48,089 nucleotides of DNA from Bdellovibrionales bacterium. GTDB taxonomy: Bacteria; Bdellovibrionota; Bdellovibrionia; Bdellovibrionales; JAMPXM01. The translations under genes were made by a program, and so were the position numbers. Of the stretch, positions 8,836 through 16,223 are shown one piece after another. Under the pieces are notes generated by a model. That model was given only the letters and a program-made list of their open reading frames with translations. It was not told the DNA's origin and did no database searches. Positions within the stretch are counted from its first letter, which is position 1. Each line of letters begins with the position of its first letter. The stretch spans positions 1-48,089 of the forward strand of contig JAYSYF010000092.1 of assembly GCA_043716655.1 (NCBI GenBank). The letters are read 5' to 3'.

Positions 8836-9831
8836 TCACATATCTACGCTAGGGAGCGCTTTATCCGCTTCCTGGACCAAAGTCTGCCGTAACAGGATCC
8901 CTCGTGCGCCTCGTCCGAGGTGGCCAACGGTTTGGCCCGCCTTCACAACGTCACCTTTGTTAACCTGAAACGTCACTCCATCAAACGCCAGCTCGACTTT
9001 ACGAGCGGGCTCCGACTTCTCCGCAACGTACGCGGCTTTCGCGTCTACGGTTGAAGACTCCTTAACCTCGATTGCAGTTTCGAGGCCTATGACAACCTTG
9101 CCGTCAGCGGATTCGAGCTTCGTGATTCGCCCGCTCCACGGGCTACGAACCGACTCGGGTCCATCTGCCGCGCGGGCCGTGCTTTTTTCGAGAGAAACCA
9201 AAACGGTTTCGATCGTGGAGGCGCCACCAGCGCCCTCAGTTTTAACTCCTGGAAGTTTGCGAACCTTCAATACATCGCGATCCGTCAGAGCCATCGGTGT
9301 TCGCACTTTACCCTTGGCTGCTTTCATCGCAAGCCGCCGCATTTTCATCATCTCGGCTTTGCCGATTAATTCGTCGTGAATCATATCTGCGAGTCCGATG
9401 CCCCCGCGCTCGCCCCACGTGTCGACATATTGATCGTCGAGCTGGTCGCGATAGATTCCTTCACCCATCGATTGTTTTTCAAGATCCGATCGATGCACCG
9501 TCGAACGCATGGCCTTCATCATCTGACCCAAGAAATATTTTTCGTACATCTTGGCGGCGTCGAGCACGCGCTTGTCGCGAACCATCGGCGGCGGCGCAGT
9601 CGCAGTTTCGGGCACGGCCGTTGGATTCGCAGCGGAAGATTCTGTCTGCGGCACTTTTGTTAAATCCAATTTCTGCAGCTGCTGTTCTGCCGGCTTCTCT
9701 ATCATCTGCAAACCGGTTTTCATCATCTGAAGTTGCGACGCGACTGCGGGCAACGAAGTCGCAAGAAGTGCGACGAAAAAAAACGGGCCCCAAGAAAAAA
9801 ACGGGTAGGTGGATCGGAGCATTACGCGCAT
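8836..9831 (-). CDS. flgJ: rod-binding (FlgJ N-domain) protein with a LytM/barrel-sandwich-like C-terminal domain lacking metal-ligand histidines
   Basis: Rod-binding motif DAAKMYEKYFLGQMMKAM...WGERGGIGLADMIHDEL. A Sec-type signal peptide begins at MRVMLRSTYPFFSWGPFFFVALLATSLPAVA-SQ, so the start is probably ATG 9831 or 9822. The ORF stays open up to GTG 10170, but that stretch uses AGA/AGG/CTA/ATA codons that are absent from the rest of the gene. Confidence 0.75.
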   Translation of the reverse strand: MRVMLRSTYPFFSWGPFFFVALLATSLPAVASQLQMMKTGLQMIEKPAEQQLQKLDLTKVPQTESSAANPTAVPETATAPPPMVRDKRVLDAAKMYEKYFLGQMMKAMRSTVHRSDLEKQSMGEGIYRDQLDDQYVDTWGERGGIGLADMIHDELIGKAEMMKMRRLAMKAAKGKVRTPMALTDRDVLKVRKLPGVKTEGAGGASTIETVLVSLEKSTARAADGPESVRSPWSGRITKLESADGKVVIGLETAIEVKESSTVDAKAAYVAEKSEPARKVELAFDGVTFQVNKGDVVKAGQTVGHLGRGARGILLRQTLVQEADKALPSVDM

Positions 9832-9838
9832 CCTGCGC
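9826..9838 (-). promoter_or_regulatory. GGA-apex hairpin at the flgJ-like start (candidate CsrA site)
   Basis: Minus strand reads GCGCA-GGA-TGCGC. The 11-mer CGCAGGATGCG is identical to the core of the flgK leader hairpin. Its AGGA lies 8 nt upstream of ATG 9822. Its internal ATG is the alternative start 9831. Confidence 0.3.
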
Positions 9839-10059
9839 TGTTTACAGATAAAGCCTAGTGTAGTCGCCAATCCTAGCGTGCTGACTCTTTGCTCCTGTTT
9901 CCTGCTCGAAACGTCTCTGCTCTTAAACCATCCTTGGTTGAACAAACTCCAACCCACCGTACCCCAGGGAAGCGACATCCATGTTGCCTCCCATTCTATA
10001 ATTTTATGTTCACATGTCTCAGATCGAAACACTTTCGCGGTCGAGGCCAGTTCCGTTTT

Positions 10060-10075
10060 GGCATTTCTGGTCCCA
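10060..10075 (-). promoter_or_regulatory. candidate sigma54 promoter inside the flgI / flgJ-like spacer
   Basis: Minus strand reads TGGGAC-CAGAA-ATGCC. The GG-N10-GC spacing is correct and 9 of 11 consensus positions of TGGCAC-N5-TTGCW match. Confidence 0.3.
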
Positions 10076-10210
10076 CTAGAGCCAAGCGCGCTCGACTTAC
10101 AACCGCTGTCGCCAGACTTTTTCTCAGCGGCGAAATCCATTTCGCTCACTGAACCACAAACTACCGACACTGGTCCTGCTCTCCCCGGTTAGAAACCGAA
10201 AACTAAACCG

Positions 10211-11239
10211 CTAAAGAATTTCGAGTTCGCCCTGTAAAGCGCCTGCTGCCTTAATGTTCTGTAAAACCGTAATCAAATCGCGAGGGCTTACACCAATCTG
10301 ATTGAGCGAGCGAACGAGATCGCCCACGCTTGTTCCCGAATCGAAAAGTGCGACGCGGTCGCCGTCTTTGCCTTTCGATTTTCCGCCATCGACTTTTACA
10401 GTCAGGTCGCCGTGACTGATCGCCACGCGCGAAATTCGAACGGTGTCGCCGATGACGACGGTTCCCGTCTTTTCGTTCACGATGACTTTTGCGCGTGTGT
10501 CAGGTGTCACGTCGAGAGATTCAATACTCGCAAGCAGTTCGACGGCGCGGCCTTCATAGGAGAAAGGTACGATAATATCCACTGTGCCCGCGTCTTTGGC
10601 GGAAGCATATTTGCCCGACAAATCCATATTAATTCGCTTCGAAAGACGAGCGGCCGTCGTGAAGTCGGGATTATGGAGCGTCAGACGAAACATTTTTCGC
10701 GAAGTGAAATCTTCAGCAACGTCACGTTCGATGATGGCACCGTTGGGAATACGACCGACTGTCGAGTGGCTATCGGCACCCGTTCCGACGAGAAGCGAAC
10801 CCTGCGCAACAGCGTAAATATTTTGATCGGCCGCACGCAGAGGCGACTGAATTAAAGTTCCACCAGCGAGCGACGAAGCATCGCCAATCGAATTCACTGT
10901 GATATCCAATTTGTTACCAGCGCGAGCGAATGGAGGTAACGACGCCGTAATAACAACCGCCGCGACGTTTTTCGACGCGATGTCTTTATCTTCTACCTTC
11001 ATCCCAAGCTTATCGAGCATGCGCACAATCGACTTGTTTGTGAATTCTGCCTTCGAGTCGCCTGTGCCCTTAAGGCCGACAACCACGCCGTAACCGATCA
11101 ACTGGTTGTCGCGAACCCCACGTACGTTCGCGATGTCTTTCACGCGTGCCGCTTCGGCGAAGCCTGCACTGAAAACCGCAATGGCCGCGATCAATGCGAT
11201 CAACAGTGGAGTATATATGTTTCTTGCCTGATTTTTCAC
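10211..11239 (-). CDS. flgI: flagellar P-ring protein FlgI
   Basis: Signal peptide followed by RVKDIANVRGVRDNQLIGYGVVVGLKGTGD, a canonical FlgI N-terminus. C-terminus ...LQNIKAAGALQGELEIL. Confidence 0.95.
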   Translation of the reverse strand: MKNQARNIYTPLLIALIAAIAVFSAGFAEAARVKDIANVRGVRDNQLIGYGVVVGLKGTGDSKAEFTNKSIVRMLDKLGMKVEDKDIASKNVAAVVITASLPPFARAGNKLDITVNSIGDASSLAGGTLIQSPLRAADQNIYAVAQGSLLVGTGADSHSTVGRIPNGAIIERDVAEDFTSRKMFRLTLHNPDFTTAARLSKRINMDLSGKYASAKDAGTVDIIVPFSYEGRAVELLASIESLDVTPDTRAKVIVNEKTGTVVIGDTVRISRVAISHGDLTVKVDGGKSKGKDGDRVALFDSGTSVGDLVRSLNQIGVSPRDLITVLQNIKAAGALQGELEIL

Positions 11240-12018
11240 AGCGAAGCTCCTTTACGCGAACTCACAATGTCGAACTGCGAATCCAGAAGTTTCGACGATT
11301 CAATTCCCGCGTCATCAAAATCTTCCGGACGGACGACACCTGTGACGATGACTTTATATTCACGCTTACCAATCATGAATGGCTGCACACCCTTCACGCG
11401 GTAACTTCCATCCTTCAGCTGTTCAACAATTCGAGTAGGAACCGTTTGAATGGTGCCGATCGGATCTTTAGGATCGAATTTTTCTGCGGCGGCTTTGTCA
11501 GCTCCGCCCGCCTTCGCAGCAGCGCCGGCCTCGGCAGCATCTGCGTCGGGCTTAGCTGCAGCTTCGGCGGGTGCACCTGCCCTTGCGGCTTGTGTCGGCG
11601 TCGAAGCGGGACCACGAAGTGGTGCGTCCAATCGCTCGAGCAATTTTGAAATTACTTTTACTTTGCTGCTCAATTGCGAACGAGGGCTGCCCTCAACACG
11701 CACGTTGAGCAAATCGCCCATGACGCGAGTTTGGTTCTGAGCAAAGAGATAAGCACCTTGCCCCTCCATCACCCAAAGCGAACCCGCTTGCGCGTTCACT
11801 TCCGCTTCGTCTTCGAACTTGTTTTTGTTCATGCGACGATATTTGCGATCCGATTGAAAACGAAGATTTTCCTGGTCCGAGTATTTTGTGACCTTCGGAC
11901 GATCGTCTTTGACTAGCCGAGTGAGGCTTCCGCAACCGGTCATGGCGGCAAATACCGCTAAGCAAAACGCCATGAGAGAAAGTTTCCAAAATGAGTATCG
12001 ATTATTGGATTTCAACAA
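11236..12018 (-). CDS. flgH: flagellar L-ring lipoprotein FlgH
   Basis: Lipobox AAMTGC and the GSLWVMEGQGAYLFAQNQTRVMGDLLNVRV motif. An Ala-rich low-complexity insert is present. 4-nt overlap with the flgI start. Confidence 0.9.
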   Translation of the reverse strand: MLKSNNRYSFWKLSLMAFCLAVFAAMTGCGSLTRLVKDDRPKVTKYSDQENLRFQSDRKYRRMNKNKFEDEAEVNAQAGSLWVMEGQGAYLFAQNQTRVMGDLLNVRVEGSPRSQLSSKVKVISKLLERLDAPLRGPASTPTQAARAGAPAEAAAKPDADAAEAGAAAKAGGADKAAAEKFDPKDPIGTIQTVPTRIVEQLKDGSYRVKGVQPFMIGKREYKVIVTGVVRPEDFDDAGIESSKLLDSQFDIVSSRKGASL

Positions 12019-13042
12019 GACCCTTCTCCTTCAAAATACCAGAAACGAGCTTCTGAGATTTTCCTACTTTAACCCGAACCGTTTCCCCAAGTGCGGCTGC
12101 ACCTTGAGCAATTCCATCTGTCGTTACGCTCCAAGTTTCGCCGCCGCTTTGAACGCGAACCGGATCGCCGAAACGTACTTGTTGTTCACGACGAAGAGTC
12201 GATTTCCAAATGGGCTCGCCCATAGGAAGACCGCGTGCTGCGATACTGTCTTCGAAATCTTTTGCCGTTGCAGGGGCATCAAGAATGTATGAGATGTTTC
12301 TACGTTCTGTTTTAAAGTCAGATGGCTGCATTTTTTCGCCAGCCTGAATTGCTCGCTGAGCCACTGGTACTTGCGCGAAAAATTCGACCTGCCCAGAAAC
12401 AAGAAGTGTCTTCTTTGCGGCATTTCCCTCACCGACCAATTCGAACTCAACCGGAACTGAAAAACTTCCGCGAGGACGGTCAGATCTAAAGGCGAGACGC
12501 CACGAGACGACTTTCAGTGCTTCGGTTACGGGCCAATCGATTTGTTTGATTACGACATCGCATCCACCACATCGTGAAGAAAATTCGTCTTTGATCTGCT
12601 TCAACGCAGCTTCGCGAACAAAGTCGTTCTTACGAGAAACGTGAGTCCGCCGTGGAATCTTCCATTCGACAGTGAAACCAGCAGCCTCAAGTCGCCGCGA
12701 AGCCTCGCTGACAATCGCCTCGAGACCGGCCTCAGTAAACGTTCGCTCTTCACCGACGTCGGGACGATCGGTAAGTACGATCGACTTCAAGTGTCGCATC
12801 ACAGCTTCGCGATCCGCGGCGGTGATCGTTGCCGGGTCGACGATTTCAGCTAGCGTCAGTTCATCCTTCTGATCTTTCTGGTCGCCGTTTGATCCGGCCC
12901 CAAGATTGACGGCAGGACGAATAACGATCGTCACCGAGTGGTCTTCAACCGCCACTTGACCTGCTGGCCAAGCGTTCGGTCCCGACAACATCGCGGCGAG
13001 GACGGTTACAACTAGGAAGAACGCCTGAAGAACAATGGTCAT
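12002..13042 (-). CDS. flgA: flagellar P-ring assembly chaperone FlgA (long form)
   Basis: Signal peptide and a C-terminal SAF-like segment ...FGDPVRVQSGGETWSVTTDGIAQGAAALGETVRVKVGKSQKLVSGIL. Position between flgG and flgH. Confidence 0.8.
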   Translation of the reverse strand: MTIVLQAFFLVVTVLAAMLSGPNAWPAGQVAVEDHSVTIVIRPAVNLGAGSNGDQKDQKDELTLAEIVDPATITAADREAVMRHLKSIVLTDRPDVGEERTFTEAGLEAIVSEASRRLEAAGFTVEWKIPRRTHVSRKNDFVREAALKQIKDEFSSRCGGCDVVIKQIDWPVTEALKVVSWRLAFRSDRPRGSFSVPVEFELVGEGNAAKKTLLVSGQVEFFAQVPVAQRAIQAGEKMQPSDFKTERRNISYILDAPATAKDFEDSIAARGLPMGEPIWKSTLRREQQVRFGDPVRVQSGGETWSVTTDGIAQGAAALGETVRVKVGKSQKLVSGILKEKGLVEIQ

Positions 13043-13061
13043 AGATCCTTTAACGGTTCAT

Positions 13062-13847
13062 CTACCGAAGCTGGTTCACGGACTGCAGCATCTGATCTGA
13101 TGCCTGAATGACTTTCGAATTAGTTTCGTAAGAACGTTGCGCCGTAATCATGTTGACCATCTCGTCGACGATATTGACGTTCGATGCTTCGACTTGCCCT
13201 TGAGCAAGTTCGCCGAGACCGTTTTGTCCCGGAGCACCTTGCACCGGAAGTCCGCTCGCGCCCGACGGCATGAACACGTTTTTTCCCATCGAACGTAGGC
13301 CCGCTGGATTTACGAAGTTCACGATTTGAATTTGGCCAATCGACTGCGGAGCAATCGAACCCGATGCCATAATAGTCACTTGTCCGTTTGCCGCGATGTC
13401 GACGCCGACGGCGTTCTGCGGAATCACGATTTCTGGCTGAAGCGCGTTGCCATTTTTGTCGACGAGCTTTCCAGTCGGATCTTTTTTGAATTGGCCGTCA
13501 CGTGTGTAACCGATCTGACCATCACCAGTCTGCACTGGGAAAAATCCTGGTCCTTCGATTTGAATATCGAGCGGATTCTTTGTGATCTTCGCCGCACCGA
13601 ACTCAAAATCTTTTTGAATCGCAGCCGTGCGAACGCCGAGACCGGTCTGAACTCCGGTCGGAGAAATGGAATTCAATCCTGAAACGGCGCCCGGTTCTTT
13701 CAACGTTTGATACATGAGATCTTCAAACTCGGCGCGCGATTTCTTAAAGCCCGTCGTCGAAACGTTCGCAAGGTTGTTGGCAATCACGTCCATGTTTGTC
13801 TGTTGCGCCTGCATTCCAGTCGCGGCTGTCGTCAGCGATTTAATCAT
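13062..13847 (-). CDS. flgG: flagellar distal rod protein FlgG
   Basis: MIKSLTTAATGMQAQQTNMDVIANNLANVSTTGFKKSRAEFEDLMYQ ... VDEMVNMITAQRSYETNSKVIQ; 261 aa. Confidence 0.95.
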   Translation of the reverse strand: MIKSLTTAATGMQAQQTNMDVIANNLANVSTTGFKKSRAEFEDLMYQTLKEPGAVSGLNSISPTGVQTGLGVRTAAIQKDFEFGAAKITKNPLDIQIEGPGFFPVQTGDGQIGYTRDGQFKKDPTGKLVDKNGNALQPEIVIPQNAVGVDIAANGQVTIMASGSIAPQSIGQIQIVNFVNPAGLRSMGKNVFMPSGASGLPVQGAPGQNGLGELAQGQVEASNVNIVDEMVNMITAQRSYETNSKVIQASDQMLQSVNQLR

Positions 13848-13900
13848 CGGTCATCTTTCTGGTGAGCACTCTGGCTCAACCTACTGGTTAGCCGTTACGC

Positions 13901-14695
13901 CTAACCCTGATTGAGCTTTGGAACTTCGTTGACTACTTTGCCAGCCATCTGGTCGTAGGCCTGAATTGCTTTTTGAGTACTTTCGAATGTTCGCGTCGCA
14001 GAGATCATATCCGTCATTTCACGAACGATGTTCACGTTGCTGCCTTCGAGGAATCCCTGACTCAACTTCGCTTCAACGGCTTGACCCATTTTCGCATCAA
14101 TATTATCTTTGAGCGTGAACAGGTTTGCGCCTTGCTTAAGAAGAGCGTCCTGATTTTCGAACTTCACGAGCGACATTTTGCCGATGCTCTCGTTGTTTTC
14201 AAAAACTTCGCCTGTGTCAGAAATAGAAACGTTCGTGCCTGTGAAACGGAACTCACCGCCGCCTTGTTTTTGAACCGGAAAACCCTGTTTCGTTACAAGT
14301 CGGCCATCACCGTCGACAGCGAAATTTCCCGCGCGCGTAAATCGAACGCCTTCCGGAGTCGCCACTTCGAAAAATCCTGAGCCTTCTATTGCGACGTCTA
14401 GTTTGTTTCCAGTTGGACGCAATGTTCCCTGAGAAAAATCTGAAAATGTTCCGTCGAGGTCGACAAAAGATTTATCGCCGCCATTATGCGTGTAGAAAGA
14501 TTCGATCGACGCAGGGATGCGTGGAACTTCTACCGCTCCGGGTTCTTTATTGTAAGAAGTCAGATACTCACGAAAGAGTTGGCCATCACGCTTAAACCCC
14601 GGCGTATTTACGTTTGCGAGATTGTTCGCAACCGTATCCAATTTCGCCTGTTGAGCCATCGCACCGCTCACTGCGGTAAAGATGCCTTTGCTCAT
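13901..14695 (-). CDS. flgF: flagellar proximal rod protein FlgF
   Basis: MSKGIFTAVSGAMAQQAKLDTVANNLANVNTPGFKRD... Start at ATG 14695 with AGGAGG 4 nt upstream. The ORF extension to 14818 (TTG) is leader sequence. Confidence 0.9.
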   Translation of the reverse strand: MSKGIFTAVSGAMAQQAKLDTVANNLANVNTPGFKRDGQLFREYLTSYNKEPGAVEVPRIPASIESFYTHNGGDKSFVDLDGTFSDFSQGTLRPTGNKLDVAIEGSGFFEVATPEGVRFTRAGNFAVDGDGRLVTKQGFPVQKQGGGEFRFTGTNVSISDTGEVFENNESIGKMSLVKFENQDALLKQGANLFTLKDNIDAKMGQAVEAKLSQGFLEGSNVNIVREMTDMISATRTFESTQKAIQAYDQMAGKVVNEVPKLNQG

Positions 14696-14720
14696 GCGTC
14701 CTCCTGACGTTCGTCGAGTC

Positions 14721-14741
14721 GAGCCGCCATCCTGGCGGCTC
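14721..14741 (-). promoter_or_regulatory. GGA-apex hairpin in the flgF leader (candidate CsrA site)
   Basis: Minus strand reads GAGCCGCCA-GGA-TGGCGGCTC, a perfect 9-bp stem. It lies between the sigma54 promoter and the SD (CAGGAGGACGC-ATG), which carries further GGA motifs. Confidence 0.4.
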
Positions 14742-14780
14742 GCGAGTACCGTTCCCCAACACTGTTCCATCTTCAAGCAC

Positions 14781-14796
14781 AGCAACAGTGGTGCCA
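14781..14796 (-). promoter_or_regulatory. sigma54 (RpoN) promoter for the flgF-G-A-H-I operon
   Basis: Minus strand reads TGGCAC-CACTG-TTGCT, an exact match to the -24/-12 consensus TGGCAC-N5-TTGCW. The -12 element lies about 86 nt upstream of the flgF ATG. Confidence 0.6.
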
Positions 14797-14980
14797 CCTC
14801 GACGAAATCACGACTCAAGTTTTAAAACGAATAAACGCAGACAACGACGTGATCTAAACGATTTAGATTTTCGAAACTCGACGAAAGCACCGCCAAGAAT
14901 TCGACCAGAGTCCGTCAAAAGATGATCTCGACATCAAAACCTTGTGGCCGCACACTGACCAGACGAAGGCGAGGTCAACG

Positions 14981-16216
14981 ATGACCGTTCGATCTACATT
15001 GATCGCTGTATCTCTTTTGAGTTTGTGCACAGCATGCACAACGACCACGATTCGTTCGTCGAAAACGGGATGGTCTGTTCCGGGACAGAAACCGCAAGGC
15101 CAGCAGGGGCAACCTAAGCAGCGACGAGCAAAGTCGCCGACACCTAGCGAGACGCCACTTTTGAACGAGTCGAATAAAACTCCTGCTTCCGTTCGCGATG
15201 AGGCAGCTTTCATACCAGTAAAATCAAAGTCTCCTGCGATCAATTCTGCTCTCGCGACAACGTTGACGGCGAACCCGATTGAAATCGTTGGACCGCGATC
15301 ACCTGCAATAAAACCTTCTGCTGAACTCGCACCGAAAATCGTGATCGCACCGGTTGAAAAAGTTCCTTTGAAAACAAAGATTGCGCGAGCGCACAACGAA
15401 GCGCATCTCATCTTTGATTTCCCGGTGACCTACAATGCTCGGGTTCGAAAATGGATTAAGTATTTTCAGACCACGGGACGTCCCTCGTTCCGCACTTGGC
15501 TGCAACGCTCGACGCGATACATTCCACAGATTCAAGATGAAATGCGCCAGGCGAACCTTCCGCTCGATCTCGCCTATGTCGCAATGATCGAAAGCGGGTT
15601 TTCCTCAGTCGCGCATAGCCACGCGAGTGCGATGGGAATGTGGCAGTTCATTGCTCCGACCGGGCAACGCTATGGTCTTACCATCGACTGGTGGATCGAC
15701 GAGCGTCGCGATTTCGAAAAGTCGACAAAAGCGGCCATCGGCTACATGACCGATCTCTTCGAGCAATTCGGCTCGTGGTACTTGGTCGCGGCAAGCTACA
15801 ACATGGGTGAAAATGGAGTGCGACGCCTGATCAAGCGTCACAAAACAAATAGCTTCTGGGATCTCGCCGATCGTGGCGCACTCCCTGAAGAAACTCGCGA
15901 CTACTTGCCAAAGATGCTCGCTGCGATGTTGATCGCCAAGGCTCCGGCACTTTACGGATTCCGCGGCCTCGAGTTTCAAGCACCCTACGCCTATGAATCG
16001 CTCGAAGTACCGGGCGGTACCGATCTTATCAACCTCGCAAATCACCTGGGTGTCAGCGAACGAGCGCTTACCGAGCTGAATCCCGAGTTGCTCAAAGCAT
16101 TTATTCCTCGCGAAGTTAAAACCCATCGAATTCGTATTCCCAAAGGTTCGAAGATTGCCGTCTCCCAATTCGTAAGTGGACAGTACGTGAACAACCCAGT
16201 TCGTACGATCCAGTAG
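14981..16216 (+). CDS. MltD-like membrane-bound lytic murein transglycosylase (SLT domain plus LysM-like C-terminus), lipoprotein
   Basis: Lipobox LLSLCTAC after ATG 14981. SLT motifs AMIESGFSSVAHSHASAMGMWQF...YNMGENGV. The C-terminal segment is LysM-like. Confidence 0.8.
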   Translation: MTVRSTLIAVSLLSLCTACTTTTIRSSKTGWSVPGQKPQGQQGQPKQRRAKSPTPSETPLLNESNKTPASVRDEAAFIPVKSKSPAINSALATTLTANPIEIVGPRSPAIKPSAELAPKIVIAPVEKVPLKTKIARAHNEAHLIFDFPVTYNARVRKWIKYFQTTGRPSFRTWLQRSTRYIPQIQDEMRQANLPLDLAYVAMIESGFSSVAHSHASAMGMWQFIAPTGQRYGLTIDWWIDERRDFEKSTKAAIGYMTDLFEQFGSWYLVAASYNMGENGVRRLIKRHKTNSFWDLADRGALPEETRDYLPKMLAAMLIAKAPALYGFRGLEFQAPYAYESLEVPGGTDLINLANHLGVSERALTELNPELLKAFIPREVKTHRIRIPKGSKIAVSQFVSGQYVNNPVRTIQ

Positions 16217-16223
16217 GAAACAA

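Noticed and set aside
9993-10000. TATAGAAT -10-like box in the flgI / flgJ-like spacer
   Set aside because: It abuts the GGGAGG motif directly, so a transcript from it would lack that SD. No -35 element is present at a suitable distance.
9832-10210. Spacer considered as a known structured RNA (tmRNA, RNase P, SRP, 6S)
   Set aside because: I could not find any of the hallmark conserved strings of these RNAs on either strand. Only generic short hairpins are present. A covariance-model scan (Rfam/Infernal) would be needed to exclude this fully.
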